Shown: positions 33,252-44,747, counted from the first letter of the stretch. The stretch is DNA of 64,000 bases from an uncultured Chloroflexia bacterium (GCA_963700285.1 CAVOXA010000001.1:32001-96000); one strand, 5' to 3'. Notes: a model not told the origin generated them from the sequence alone. Program-made: numbers and translations.

Positions 33252-35099
33252 ATGACGATGAAGGTTCCGGAGACAGCGACAGTGCTTGATGTCGCGGACA
33301 GTACAATAGCTCCAATGCCCTGGACAATCTCTGTCTGTATGGGCACAGGCTGCACCTCCTCCGCCAGCACGGAGCTACGCCAGGCGTTAAAGGAGGAGTT
33401 GGGCAATCATGACCTCGAAGGGCAGGTCGAAGTCCGGCGCACCGGCTGCTTTGGTTTCTGCGAACAGGGCCCTATTGTGATCGTCCAGCCCGGCGAGATC
33501 TTTTACTGCAAGGTCAAGCCGGGTGACGCCAAGGCTATCGTGGGAGAGCATATACTGGGCAACCAATTGGTGAACCGGCTCTTGTTTCGTGAGCCGTCAA
33601 GCGGTGCCACCATTGAAAAGTGGCACGACATTGGCTTCTACGGCAAGCAGAAACGCATCCTCCTTGAGAACTGTGGCGTCATCGATCCCGAAAACGTGAA
33701 CCACTACCTGGAGCGCGATGGATACCAGGCGCTCCGCAAGGCACTGACCGGGATGACACCGGAAGAGGTGATTCAAGAGGTTCTTGACTCGGGGATGCGC
33801 GGGCGCGGCGGGGCTGGCTTTCCCGCAGGGCTCAAGTGGCGTTTTGCCCGGCAGACTCAGAGTTGGCCCAAGTATGTCATCTGTAACGCCGATGAAGGCG
33901 ACCCCGGTGCATTCATGGACCGCTCGGTGTTGGAGGGCGATCCGCACTTGGTCATCGAAGGCATGATCATTGCTGGATATGCCATTGGTGCTCAGTACGG
34001 CTACGTCTACTGCCGCGCCGAGTATCCGCTGGCGATCCGCCGGCTCGACCGCGCGCTGGCTCAGGCCCGCGAACTTGGCATGCTAGGCAAGAATGTGCTT
34101 GGATCCGGTTTTGATTTTGACATAATCATAAAGGAGGGGGCCGGGGCCTTTGTGTGCGGCGAAGAAACGGCGCTTATGGCTTCGATTCAGGGGGACCGGG
34201 GGCAGCCCTGGCCGCGACCGCCCTATCCTGCCGTCGCTGGCCTGTGGCGACAACCCAGCAATGTCAACAATGTCAAGACCTATGGCTATACATCACACAT
34301 CATCCGCAAAGGTGCAGAGTGGTTCAAGAGCCTTGGCACCAAGGACAGCCCCGGTACGGCTGTCTTTGCCCTGACCGGTATGGTGAACTGTACTGGCCTG
34401 ATCGAGGTCCCAATGGGGATCACGCTGCGTGAGATCATCTACGATGTGGGTGGCGGCATCCCAGAGGGAAAACGATTCAAAGGCGTTCAGACTGGTGGAC
34501 CTCTGGGTGGTTGTCTGCCTGAAGAATACCTTGATACGCCAGTGGACTTTGATTCGCTGGTTGCTGCCGGCTCGGTCATGGGCTCTGGCGGGATGATCGT
34601 CGCCGACGAGAGTACCTGTATGGTCGAGTTTGCCAAGTACTTTATGCAGTTCGTCTGCGACGAAAGCTGCGGCAAATGCCCACCCTGCCGTACCGGAAGC
34701 CTCCGGATGCTGGAAGTCCTGGAGCGCATCACGGCCGGAGAGGGCAAGCCGGAGGATCTGGACGAGATCCGGCGGTTGGCGGAGGGCCTCGAAAAGGGCT
34801 CTCTGTGCGCACTGGGTCAGTTGGCCCCTGCGCCCGTGATATCTACCTTGCAGCATTTCGAGGACGAATACCGGCAGCATATCGAAGAAGGGCGGTGTCC
34901 GGCCGGCAAATGCAGCGCCTTGATCAGGTTTGAGATCATTGCCGACCTTTGTACCGGCTGTACCGTCTGCGCGCGCAATTGCCCCAGCAATGCCATCAGC
35001 GGTGAGAGGCGCGAACCCCACATCATCGATCAGGCGCTGTGCGTGCAGTGTGGTTTGTGCAAAGTAGTCTGCAAGTTCGACGCCATCGAGGTTTATTGA
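33252..35099 (+). CDS. NuoF/HydB-like NADH/FMN-binding subunit with extra Fe-S domains
   Basis: N-terminal CMGTGC..CFGFC, GRGGAGFP, NADEGDPG, CGEET, ESCGKCPPC and C-terminal 2x[4Fe-4S]. Confidence 0.92.
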   Translation: MTMKVPETATVLDVADSTIAPMPWTISVCMGTGCTSSASTELRQALKEELGNHDLEGQVEVRRTGCFGFCEQGPIVIVQPGEIFYCKVKPGDAKAIVGEHILGNQLVNRLLFREPSSGATIEKWHDIGFYGKQKRILLENCGVIDPENVNHYLERDGYQALRKALTGMTPEEVIQEVLDSGMRGRGGAGFPAGLKWRFARQTQSWPKYVICNADEGDPGAFMDRSVLEGDPHLVIEGMIIAGYAIGAQYGYVYCRAEYPLAIRRLDRALAQARELGMLGKNVLGSGFDFDIIIKEGAGAFVCGEETALMASIQGDRGQPWPRPPYPAVAGLWRQPSNVNNVKTYGYTSHIIRKGAEWFKSLGTKDSPGTAVFALTGMVNCTGLIEVPMGITLREIIYDVGGGIPEGKRFKGVQTGGPLGGCLPEEYLDTPVDFDSLVAAGSVMGSGGMIVADESTCMVEFAKYFMQFVCDESCGKCPPCRTGSLRMLEVLERITAGEGKPEDLDEIRRLAEGLEKGSLCALGQLAPAPVISTLQHFEDEYRQHIEEGRCPAGKCSALIRFEIIADLCTGCTVCARNCPSNAISGERREPHIIDQALCVQCGLCKVVCKFDAIEVY

Positions 35100-35117
35100 T
35101 CGGAGCAGGATAAGCAA

Positions 35118-37927
35118 ATGAACCTAGAACTAACCATCAACGGCAACAAGGTAACGGCTCCCGAGGGCAGTACAATCCTCGAAGCTGCGCGCATGGCGGG
35201 CATTCATATCCCTACTCTATGCCACCATCCTGACCTGAGCAATGTGGGCGCCTGCCGCATGTGCGTCGTCGCGGTAGAGAGAGCGCGGACCCTGCAAACC
35301 GCTTGTACGACACCTATCGCGGCAGGCATGGTGGTCAACACCGAAAGCGAACTAGTACGTGCAACTCGCAAATTTGTCCTGGAGATGCTGCTGACCGACC
35401 ATCCTAACGACTGCATGACCTGCGAGGTGAACGGCGACTGTGAACTGCAGGATCTGGTTTATGACTATGGCCTCCAGTGGCCCGAACACAGCGGTCAGCG
35501 CCACAACTACGAGATCGATTCAGACCCGAATCCTTTTGTGTTCATCGATCGCAACAAATGCATCGTTTGTGGCCGCTGTATCCGGGCCTGTAGCGAGATT
35601 CAAAACCGCGATGTCTGGAACTTTGCCCAACGCGGTTTTGAGACCAAGCTCGTCGCCGGCGCCGACCAGCTCATGCTCGATGCCCGTTGTGAAAGCTGTG
35701 GCCAGTGTGTGGCCTACTGCCCCGTCGGCGCCCTGTACGACAAGATGAGCCTGGGCCTGGGGCGGCCCAACCAGGTCAACAAAGTGCGGACCACCTGCTC
35801 CTACTGCGGTGTGGGCTGCACTTTTGATCTGAACGTGCGCGACGGCAAAGTTGTGCGCGTCACCAGTTCCGAGGATGCGCCGGTCAACGGCATGTCGCTC
35901 TGTGTCAAAGGCCGCTACGGTTACGACTACCTACACCACCCCGACCGCCTGACCCGGCCTCTGGTGCGGGCCAAGTGGTTGGATGGTGCCGAAGAGAGGT
36001 TGGCAAGCGGCGAGTGGCGAATCGTCGACTCCCAATCCACAACCCCCACGCCAGACGATATGGTTGAAACTGACTGGGATACCGCGCTGGACCTGGTAGC
36101 CAACCGCTTCGCCAAGGTCAAGCAGGAACATGGCAGCGATGCCTTTGCCGTGCTGGCTTCGGCCAAGTGCACCAACGAGGAGAACTATCTCTTTAACAAG
36201 TTCACGCGACAGATCCTGGCGACCAATACCATCGACCACTGTGCCCGTCTCTGACACAGCGCTACTGTCACCGGTCTGGTGACAAGCTTTGGCAGCGGTG
36301 CGATGACCAACTCCATCCGCGACATCGTCCAGGAGAGCGAGTGTTTCTTTATCATCGGCAGCAATACCACCGAGCAACATCCCGTCATCGGGACCAAGAT
36401 CCGGCAGGCGGTGCGGTACCGCGGAGCAAAGCTCATCGTGGCCGACCCCCGTCGCATCGACATCGCCGGTTATGCCGATCTGTTTCTGCAGCACAAGCCG
36501 GGTACCGACATTGCCCTGCTCAACGGCCTAATGCACGTCATTCTTCGTGAAGGTTGGCAGGACGAGGCATTTATCGCCGAGCGAACTGAAAATTTCGAGG
36601 CCCTCAAAGCTACCATCCAAGAGTACACCCCTGAGGTGGCCAGCCGGATCTGCGGCGTACCAGCCGAAGAGATCGAGAAGGCGGCCAGGATGCTGGCCGA
36701 AAACCGGCCCGGCTCCCTGCTATACTCGATGGGTATCACCCAGCATACCGATGGCGTGGCCAACGTGATGAGCTGCGCCAACTTGCAGATGCTGCTGGGA
36801 AATATGGGTGTGCCCGGGGGCGGCGTGAATCCTCTGCGCGGCCAAAACAACGTCCAGGGCGCCTGTGATATGGGGGGCTTGCCCAATGTTTACCCCAGCT
36901 ACCAACCGGTGACCTCTCCCCCGTCCAGAAAAAATTCGAGGAAGCCTGGGGCGTGCCCCTGTCGAATCGGGTCGGGCTGACCGTCACCGAGATGCTTCAC
37001 GCTGCCGAGGCAGGAACCGTGCGCTGCCTGTACGTCATCGGCGAGAATCCCATGACCAGTGACCCAGACCTGAATCACGTGCGCCATGCCCTCCAAAAAA
37101 CAGAGTTTCTGGTGTTGCAGGACATCTTTGTAACCGAGACGGGCCCCTTTGCCGACGTGATTCTGCCAGCAGCCAGCTTTGCCGAAAAGAACGGTACCTT
37201 TACCAACACCGAACGGCGCGTGCAGTTGGTGCGCCGGGCCATCGATCCGCCCGGCGAGGCCCGCTCAGATTCCTGGATCGTCACCGAACTGGCCCGGCGC
37301 TTGCTCGAACTCGGGGCGGCAATACCTGACCCGGAGGCGCCCCATGCCGGTTGGGACTATGCCTCCACCACTGACGTGCTGGTCGAGATCAACGCCCTGT
37401 CGCCCATCTATGCCGGCATCACCCCCGAGCGGCTGGCCATGGGCGAACAGCTCCAGTGGCCCGTGCCCAGTGCCGATCACCCCGGCACACCCATTCTGCA
37501 TGTGGGCAGATTCAGCCGCGGGGTGGGCCGCTTTGCCGCGGTGGATTATACGGAACCAGATGAACTGCCCGACGACGAATACCCGCTGATGATGACCACC
37601 GGACGCGTGCTTTATCACTGGCACGGCGGTGAGATGACACGCCGCGCTCGCGGTCTGGAGGAGGTTTATCCGGAGGCGCTAATCGAAATCAATCCCCATG
37701 ATGCCCACAAAGTAGGGATCATGGACGGCAACATGATGAAGGTCACTTCGCGCCGGGGCGAGATCGTGGCCAAAGCCGAGGTGACCGACCGGGTGGAGCC
37801 GGGATTGATCTTCTCCACCTTTCACTTCCCCGACTCGGCGGCCAACTTCCTGACCAACCCGGCCCTGGACCCAGTGGCCAAGATCCCCGAATTCAAGGTC
37901 TGCGCTGTCAAGGTGGAAGCCGTATAG
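35118..37927 (+). CDS. fdhF: Selenocysteine-containing formate dehydrogenase alpha subunit (Mo/W-bisPGD), one frameshift near 36920
   Basis: NuoG-like Fe-S N-terminus, [30 protein letters not shown] and KIPEFK. Confidence 0.92.
36252..36284 (+). promoter_or_regulatory. Sec codon UGA with bacterial SECIS element
   Basis: TGA at 36252-54, an 11-nt spacer, then hairpin TGTCACC-GGTCT-GGTGACA resembling the E. coli fdhF SECIS. Confidence 0.9.
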
Positions 37928-37939
37928 AGGAGGCGTCGA

Positions 37940-38431
37940 ATGGACATCCGCAAGATCTACGAGTACGCGTTGCAGCGTGAGCATGAGGGCAAGCGTTTCT
38001 TTGCCGAAAACGCAGATCGATTGAGCCACGCCGCGGCAGCGGGCGCCTTCAGACAACTGGCGGCCGAGGAGCAAACGCATATCAACTTTATCCAGGCCCA
38101 ACTCGATGCCCTGGATTTGGGCGAACAGCCCAGGATTTCCATGGGCATAGAGCTGGAACAGGATGGATTCTTTTCTCAACGGGCCGAGTCCGAGATGCTC
38201 GATCAGACCGTAGTGGAGGCCATGGTGCCCGATCTGCCTGTGCTCCGCATGGCCTACTTGATCGAGCGTGACTTTGCCGAATTCTACGAAATGGCGGCTG
38301 CCAAGTCCGAAGGCGAGGCGAAAAAAGTTCTGGGAATGTTGGCGACCTGGGAGCGCGGCCACGAAAGGCTATTCAAGGGCCTGCACGACAGGGCATTTGA
38401 GGAATACGCTCAGATGCCGTGGGGGGGCTGA
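37940..38431 (+). CDS. Ferritin-like/rubrerythrin family protein
   Basis: E...EEQTH and E...WERGH diiron ligand pattern. Confidence 0.8.
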   Translation: MDIRKIYEYALQREHEGKRFFAENADRLSHAAAAGAFRQLAAEEQTHINFIQAQLDALDLGEQPRISMGIELEQDGFFSQRAESEMLDQTVVEAMVPDLPVLRMAYLIERDFAEFYEMAAAKSEGEAKKVLGMLATWERGHERLFKGLHDRAFEEYAQMPWGG

Positions 38432-38646
38432 TCGTCCCCGCGCTGCGCCATGCTTGGTGAGAGCGCGCTACCGGGTCAAGATGCCATTCCACTCCCCAGT
38501 GGCTAGGCATAGAATACCTCGTACCCTACTCGGCCCCTGACTCCAGGGTGCCTGGGTATGGCTGGCAAAGGCATCGGCATCACCCACGTAAGTGCACAAC
38601 TCCGTCTGGCATCAAGAGTGAGGGCTGACCCGGAAAGGGATGGCCC

Positions 38647-40758
38647 TCACTCTGCATCTGGCGAAGGAGCGCCCGCGTTGTTGGGGTCCTGGTCTCCCAC
38701 CAGAAGCTGTTGCACCCTCGGGGCGCACTCGGAATCGACAAAGACCGTTACCCGATCTCCGCCTTTCAGTACCGTATACCCGTGGACCATGTGCAGCCTG
38801 CGGCCACGCCGCACCGAGACGAGTAGGCAATCTTCGGGTAGTCCGAGTTCGCTGATCCGCTGCCCAACGGCGGGCGAGTTGGGAGGAATCCTCATGTGAA
38901 GAAAGCTTGTACCATCCACCTGGCCCAGTCGCATTACCTCGGCCTGGTGTTGGTGGTGGGCGCGCGCGGCGATGGCTTGATCGTAGGCGCGGATGATGTC
39001 GGCGCGACGCACCGCCCCCACCAGTCGCCTGGATCCTTCCTCCTCGACTACGGGCAACCGGCCCACATCGCGACGACCCAACTGGCGCAATGCCTTCCAC
39101 ATTGGCTCGTAGGGATAAGCAACCAAGATGTCACTCTGTGTCGCAATATCGGCCACTGTCTTGCCGGTAGTGGTACCCGCCGCCCTGGCTCGTTCCATGT
39201 CCTGGATGCTAACCACGCCTGCCAGTTCGCCGGCCTCATCCACGACAGGAAAACCGTGATGGTGGGTGCGCGCGAACACGGCGGCCAGTTCGTCCAGCGA
39301 CATGTCCAGCGGGACCGTATCCACCTCGGTGGTCATCGCCTCGCGCACCGTGATCCCCTGCATGACGTCAATGTCCTGACCTTGGCTCAGATGGACCCCT
39401 CGCCGGGTGAGTTTGAGCGTGTAGATCGATTCGCTGCTGATGAGGCGGGAGACTAACGTGCTCATGACCGTGGTGAGCATTAGTGGCAAGATGATGTGAT
39501 AGTCCCCCGTCATTTCAAACAAGATGAGGATGGATGTGATAGGAGCGTGGGCCGTACCCGTAAAGAAGGCGGACATACCTACCAGGGCGTAGGCGCCCGG
39601 AGGGGCCGTGATGGCCGGAAAGAGGGTATGGACCACCACGCCAAAAGCCTCTCCCAGCATGGCTCCCATAAAGAGAGACGGAGCAAAGATACCACCAGAA
39701 CCGCCAGAGCCAAGGGTAATGATCGTGGCAAGGATCTTTGCCAAGAGCAGTACCATGGCCATCTGCAATGCCAATTCGCCAAACAGAGCCTGGGTAACGG
39801 TGGGGTAGCCAACGCCAAAGACCCGAGGAAAACCATCGATCTTGGGGGTGAGGATCCCCACGACTCCCAGAAGCACGCCACCAAGTACAGGCTTAAAGTA
39901 CTCGGGGAAGTGGAGCTTGTCCCAGAGATCCTCGGAGAGGTATAGCAGACGGGTGAATCCCACGGCACCCAGGGCAGCCAGCAGCCCCAGCAGGGTATAG
40001 AAAAGCAGCTCCCAGGGACTGACCAGAACATACTCTGGGGCCACAAAGGCACGTAGGTCGCCTTCAAAGGCGTGGGCGACCACGTCCGCCACCACGGCCG
40101 AGATGACGACCGCCCCAAAATAGGTGGCATGGAACTGGCCCAGGATCACCTCTAGGGCAAAGACAGATCCGGCGATAGGGGCGTTGAACGTGGCTGCGAC
40201 GCCACCTGCCGCGCCGCAGGCCACCAGGTTGCGTACCCGGTCATCCGAAAGACGAAAGAGCTGGCCGACGGCGGAGCCCAGCGCCGACCCGATCTGGGCG
40301 ATAGGGCCTTCCCGCCCAACCGAACCACCGGTACCAATGCAAATGGCTGAAGCCAGCGCCTTGACGACGGCCACGCGGGGCCGGATGCGACCCCCACGCA
40401 GGGCAACGGCCTCCATCACCTCCGGTACACCATGGCCCTTGGCCTCGCGGGCATAGCGATAGATGAGCGGCCCAAAGATCGCGCCGCCCAGGGCCGGGAT
40501 GATGAGAAGATAGAAGGGATAGATCCCCTCCATGGCCCCAGCTAGGCCATCGTAAGCCAGCCTGTGCACGCCCTCGATGAGCCGTCGAAAGACGACTGCG
40601 CCCAGGCCGGCGCCGATGCCCACAATGACGGCTGTAAACAGGATGACGCCTGACTCGGAGAGCCTGCGCTGATCCAGCCAACGCGGCAGGCGTTGCCGCC
40701 ATTGGTACTTGCTGGACCGGCCAGCATGATCATAAAAAGATGAAGAAACAACCGCCAT
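38647..40758 (-). CDS. CLC-family chloride channel/antiporter with CBS and TrkA-C domains
   Basis: GHGVPE, GREGP and GGIFAP motifs, two CBS repeats and a TrkA-C tail. Confidence 0.92.
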   Translation of the reverse strand: MAVVSSSFYDHAGRSSKYQWRQRLPRWLDQRRLSESGVILFTAVIVGIGAGLGAVVFRRLIEGVHRLAYDGLAGAMEGIYPFYLLIIPALGGAIFGPLIYRYAREAKGHGVPEVMEAVALRGGRIRPRVAVVKALASAICIGTGGSVGREGPIAQIGSALGSAVGQLFRLSDDRVRNLVACGAAGGVAATFNAPIAGSVFALEVILGQFHATYFGAVVISAVVADVVAHAFEGDLRAFVAPEYVLVSPWELLFYTLLGLLAALGAVGFTRLLYLSEDLWDKLHFPEYFKPVLGGVLLGVVGILTPKIDGFPRVFGVGYPTVTQALFGELALQMAMVLLLAKILATIITLGSGGSGGIFAPSLFMGAMLGEAFGVVVHTLFPAITAPPGAYALVGMSAFFTGTAHAPITSILILFEMTGDYHIILPLMLTTVMSTLVSRLISSESIYTLKLTRRGVHLSQGQDIDVMQGITVREAMTTEVDTVPLDMSLDELAAVFARTHHHGFPVVDEAGELAGVVSIQDMERARAAGTTTGKTVADIATQSDILVAYPYEPMWKALRQLGRRDVGRLPVVEEEGSRRLVGAVRRADIIRAYDQAIAARAHHQHQAEVMRLGQVDGTSFLHMRIPPNSPAVGQRISELGLPEDCLLVSVRRGRRLHMVHGYTVLKGGDRVTVFVDSECAPRVQQLLVGDQDPNNAGAPSPDAE

Positions 40759-40902
40759 CGCGATTCCTCCCGCGCGAGAGGCTACTTGTTGTAAGTGTGG
40801 GCCGACGCCCCCGGCAGGTTCCGGCTAGCGCCCACGGCCATGGAGGCGATATCAGGGCTCACAGTGCTCTGGTGGCGGAAGCGCAATCCCTGGCCCGAAG
40901 AC

Positions 40903-40929
40903 AAAAGCCATCCCAAGTGGGATGGCTTT
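40903..40929 (-). terminator. Terminator after rplL
   Basis: aaaagccatccc-loop-gggatggcttt. Confidence 0.7.
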
Positions 40930-40954
40930 CATTTTGTGCTTCACAGTAGCCCGG

Positions 40955-41344
40955 CTAGACGATTTCGACGACCGCATCCTGCTCTTTGAGAGCATTGGCC
41001 GCTGTTTCAGCCTGTTCCTTCGGTGCGCCCTCCAGGACTTTGGTCGGAGCGCTATCGACCAACTCCTTGGCCTCTTTCAAGCCCAGGTCGCCGCGGAACG
41101 TACGTACAGCCTTGATGACCTGGATCTTTTTGGGGCCGATCTCCTTCAGGATTACGTCGAATTCGGTTTTTTCTTCCTCTTCCTCTGCGGCTTCAGCTGC
41201 GCCCGCTGCCGGCAAGCCAGCCATGGCCATCGGCGCTGCTGCTGAGACGCCCCACCTGTCCTGGAGCATCTTGGACAATTCGGCTGCTTCCAACAACGAT
41301 AGCTCGTCCAGAGCCTCCGCTAGTTTTTCCAGTTTCTCAGACAT
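40955..41344 (-). CDS. rplL: 50S ribosomal protein L7/L12
   Basis: EEKTEFDV and [11 protein letters not shown] motifs. Confidence 0.97.
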   Translation of the reverse strand: MSEKLEKLAEALDELSLLEAAELSKMLQDRWGVSAAAPMAMAGLPAAGAAEAAEEEEEKTEFDVILKEIGPKKIQVIKAVRTFRGDLGLKEAKELVDSAPTKVLEGAPKEQAETAANALKEQDAVVEIV

Positions 41345-41395
41345 TGTGTCTTTTCCTCCCTAGTTTTCTCATATTCGAGTTTGTTGTTTTTGGGG

Positions 41396-41941
41396 CTACG
41401 CCGCGGCTTCCGTCGCGGACTCTGCGCCTTGCTCAGATCGTGCCTGCAAGACCTGTACCAGTTCGCGCAGCGGCGCAGCAATAGTACTTGCGATGCTACC
41501 CATGGGCCCCTGTATGGCCGCAAGCATCTCAGCCAGAAGGACCTCGCGCGGTGGCAGAGCCGCTAGGCTCTGAACCCTGCTGACGTCGAGAAAATCGGTG
41601 CCGAGAATCGCCCCTCTGATTTGCAGTGCACTCGACTTTTTGGCAAAGTCTGTCAGCGCTTTGGCAATGGGCGGAACTTCTTCCTGGCAATAGCCAACGG
41701 CAATTGTACCATTAAGCTGATCAGATGGGACCGGGATTTCGGCTCGCTCCAGGGCCAGCTTAAACAGTGTGTTTTTGACTATTTGAAAGGTGCCCCTGTC
41801 CTCCCGCAACTTGTTGCGCAGTTCCGTGAGTTCTGCAACAGTCAGCCCGCGGTAATCCGCTAGGATGAGTGCCTGGCTGTTGGACATCCTTTCCACATAG
41901 TCTGCCACCATCTGTTTCTTCTTTTCCTTGGTAATGGCCAA
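41396..41941 (-). CDS. rplJ: 50S ribosomal protein L10
   Basis: ADYRGLTV and VKNTL motifs; TTG start. Confidence 0.95.
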   Translation of the reverse strand: MAITKEKKKQMVADYVERMSNSQALILADYRGLTVAELTELRNKLREDRGTFQIVKNTLFKLALERAEIPVPSDQLNGTIAVGYCQEEVPPIAKALTDFAKKSSALQIRGAILGTDFLDVSRVQSLAALPPREVLLAEMLAAIQGPMGSIASTIAAPLRELVQVLQARSEQGAESATEAAA

Positions 41942-42112
41942 TCTATCTCACCTCCTTCGTTCTGAACGTTCTCTCAAGAAACCCTTTTTTGATGCCTTGT
42001 TCTGCGCAAGCCCCAGTGGAACCAAAAAAGCCCTTGCGCCACCGCTGCAAAGGCTTCTGCCCGAGCGTTTGGGATCGGACTTGCCAAACCCCGCCTTCAA
42101 GGGCTCTTACTT

Positions 42113-42166
42113 TGCCTCGGCAGGCCTCACCGTTTGAGCGCCAATTGGCGCACCTGCTGTCTTGGG
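42113..42166 (-). ncRNA. L10 leader (core region)
   Basis: Minus strand CCAAGACAGCAGG...CCTGCCGAGG kink-turn motif upstream of rplJ. Confidence 0.75.
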
Positions 42167-42201
42167 CGCGATGCAATTGTCAGAGTACGGGTTCGTAGAG
42201 T

Positions 42202-42915
42202 CTAGGCCGTCTTCATGGCAACCGCCAGCATGGGGTCTACGCGGATACCAGGCCCCATCGTGTTGGTTACCGTCACCTTGCCGATATAAGTACCCTTCGA
42301 AGCGGCAGGACGGGCCTTGACGACGGCTTCCATGACAGTTGCCATGTTCTCCTTGAGGCTGTCCACGGGAAAGCTGGCCCTGCCAATGGGCACGTGGATG
42401 TTGGCTGTCTTGTCAATCCGATACTCCACGCGTCCCTGACGCGCTTCCCGTATCACCCTGTCCAGATCGTCCTCGGAAACGATGGTTCCTGCTTTGGGAC
42501 TGGGCATCAATCCTCGGGGGCCCAAGACCCGGCCCAATCGACCGACTTTACGCATCATAGGTGGCGTGGCAATGGCGATGTCAAAGTCGAACCACCCCTT
42601 TTGTATCTGCTCGATTAGCTCATCACTCCCGACATAGTCGGCGCCGGCATCGCGCGCGATCTTTTCACCTTCACCCTCGGCGAGAACCAGAATCCGGACT
42701 GTCTTGCCAGTACCTTTGGGCAGCAGAACGACCCCCCGCACCTGCTGATCCGCGTGCCTGGGATCAAGACCTGTTCGCAAATGTAATTCAATCGTAGCAT
42801 CGAATTGGCTATAGTTGGTTTTCTTGGCCAGATCCAGCGCATCTTCGGGCGTATATAGACGTCCCGGTTGGACCAGTTTCGCTGCTTCTTGATACTTTTT
42901 CCCTCGTCTTGCCAT
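42202..42915 (-). CDS. rplA: 50S ribosomal protein L1
   Basis: [11 protein letters not shown] and [14 protein letters not shown] motifs. Confidence 0.97.
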   Translation of the reverse strand: MARRGKKYQEAAKLVQPGRLYTPEDALDLAKKTNYSQFDATIELHLRTGLDPRHADQQVRGVVLLPKGTGKTVRILVLAEGEGEKIARDAGADYVGSDELIEQIQKGWFDFDIAIATPPMMRKVGRLGRVLGPRGLMPSPKAGTIVSEDDLDRVIREARQGRVEYRIDKTANIHVPIGRASFPVDSLKENMATVMEAVVKARPAASKGTYIGKVTVTNTMGPGIRVDPMLAVAMKTA

Positions 42916-42928
42916 TTCCATCTCCTCT

Positions 42929-42959
42929 GTGGTGCTGATGGGGGCTTTGCCCCTCCCAC
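42929..42959 (-). promoter_or_regulatory. L1-binding mRNA site
   Basis: GTGGGAGG...ACCAC hairpin immediately upstream of rplA. Confidence 0.6.
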
Positions 42960-43055
42960 GCTTCCAAGATCCCTGAGGGCTTGTCTGCACCCCGCCATCA
43001 CCGGCGAAAGATCTCACCGTGGATGCAAGGATCACTCCCTCAGGGGTCCAATGGG

Positions 43056-43481
43056 CTATTCTACGACTTTGATCCCCATGCTCCGGGCTGTGCCCTCGAT
43101 CATGCGCATGGCACCCTCTATGTCGTAGGCATTCAGGTCTTGCATCTTTTGCTCGGCAATCTCGCGCACCTGCTGCCGCGACACAGTGCCCACCGTGGTT
43201 ATGGTTACTTCGGAGGCTCCTTTGGAGACACCCGCAGCCTTTTTCAAAAGATCCGTGGCCGGCGGGGTCTTTAGGTCAAAGCGGAATGAATTGTCCTGAA
43301 AGACAGTGATCTCGGCCGGGATGATACTGCCAGCTTGGTGAGCAGTTCGCGCGTTATAATCCTTGCAAAAGGCCATGATGTTGATTCCATGCTGGCCCAG
43401 CGCGGGACCCACTGGCGGCGCCGGTGTAGCTTTGCCTGCCGGTATCGCCAATTTGACGATTGCTTTAACTTTCTTTGCCAT
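43056..43481 (-). CDS. rplK: 50S ribosomal protein L11
   Basis: [15 protein letters not shown] and GTARSMG motifs. Confidence 0.97.
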   Translation of the reverse strand: MAKKVKAIVKLAIPAGKATPAPPVGPALGQHGINIMAFCKDYNARTAHQAGSIIPAEITVFQDNSFRFDLKTPPATDLLKKAAGVSKGASEVTITTVGTVSRQQVREIAEQKMQDLNAYDIEGAMRMIEGTARSMGIKVVE

Positions 43482-43504
43482 TTAGCTTCTCCAACGATAC
43501 AGGG

Positions 43505-44383
43505 CTAGATCTTTTCTACCTGCAAGAAATCGAGTTCAACGGGAGTCTCCCGACCAAAGAAGGAGACCAGGATCCGTACCTTTCCCTTGTCAGGAAAGAT
43601 GTCATCTACACCGCCCACAAAATCCTCAAAGGGGCCGTCGCAGATGCGGACTTTTTCGCCGGGACGGAAGGTAACTGTGACCCGGGGCGTTTCGGCGCGC
43701 ATTCGCTTCAGGATTCTTTCTACGTCACGTTTGCGCAACGGTGTTGGTCTGCGGACCGAGCCTACAAAGCCAGTCACGCCTGGGGTGTTGCGGACGACGT
43801 ACCACGAATCCTCGTGCATGATCATTTCCACGAGGATATAGCCCGGAAAGATCCGGCGTTCAACCGTCCGCCGCTGTCCATCCTTAAGCTCGATTTCCTC
43901 CTCGGTAGGCACCAGGACCTGAAAAATCTTGTCCTGCATACCCAACGACTCGATCCGATGCTCCAGGTTTTTCTTGACTTTGTTCTCGTAGCCAGAGTAG
44001 CTGTGGATCACGAACCAGCTGTGGCCGCCAGGTGATTCTTCCTCCGGATCGCTCTCCCGTTTTCCCCCAGTTTCTTCATCGTCATCGCCCAGAAGCGCCA
44101 AGAAACCTAGACCAGCCTCATCTGCCTCGTCTTCTGAATCGGTGGCCTTGTCTGGGACCGGCTTTGACTCGGCCTCGGCTGGCTCAAGATAGGACGCAAA
44201 GAGCTGGCGGGCCATCTCCTCTGGCCTCAGCGGTGCCTCGGCGCCAGGCGTCTCGCTAGGTGACGCTGCGTCAGCCGGCGTCGCGTCGTCCGACGTCACG
44301 TCGGCAAGTTCCTCGAAAGCTGCAACGTCGTCCGCTTCGATCACTTCAGGCTCGATTGCGCTACTGCGTTCTTCTTCCATCAT
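43505..44383 (-). CDS. nusG: NusG with a long acidic N-terminal extension
   Basis: WFVIHSYSGYENKV, FPGYILV and FGRETPVEL motifs. Confidence 0.95.
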   Translation of the reverse strand: MMEEERSSAIEPEVIEADDVAAFEELADVTSDDATPADAASPSETPGAEAPLRPEEMARQLFASYLEPAEAESKPVPDKATDSEDEADEAGLGFLALLGDDDEETGGKRESDPEEESPGGHSWFVIHSYSGYENKVKKNLEHRIESLGMQDKIFQVLVPTEEEIELKDGQRRTVERRIFPGYILVEMIMHEDSWYVVRNTPGVTGFVGSVRRPTPLRKRDVERILKRMRAETPRVTVTFRPGEKVRICDGPFEDFVGGVDDIFPDKGKVRILVSFFGRETPVELDFLQVEKI

Positions 44384-44393
44384 TACCCACTAG

Positions 44394-44606
44394 TTACAAG
44401 AACAGGCCAAAGATCAAGGAGTATACCCAGTCGATGAGGCCCAGCACGATAGCCAGGAATGTGGTTACCAAGATGACAATAACCGTCAAGTTGACTGCCT
44501 CTCTCCGGGTCGGCCAAGAGACCTTTTTCAACTCGAAATAGGTTTCTCGGAAATACCGGACGATGCCGTTTTCTTGCACTTTCCTGGCGGTCGCTGACCT
44601 TGCCAC
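44394..44606 (-). CDS. secE: Preprotein translocase SecE
   Basis: ELKKVSWP plus a TM helix. Confidence 0.92.
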   Translation of the reverse strand: MARSATARKVQENGIVRYFRETYFELKKVSWPTRREAVNLTVIVILVTTFLAIVLGLIDWVYSLIFGLFL

Positions 44607-44747
44607 GGATCCTCTTCTCCTTTACCTACTATGCAACATGGGATCCCACAAGGATGTGAGGATGTCACGCTGCCTCGAATATCTGATTCCTAGACTTGAA
44701 GACACCGCCCCATCGTGCTCCCATGAGACGGTGTCCGCTCTCCCAGG

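Noticed and set aside
36252-36254. Premature stop in fdh
   Set aside because: It falls at the catalytic Cys/Sec position and is followed by a SECIS, so it is a Sec codon.
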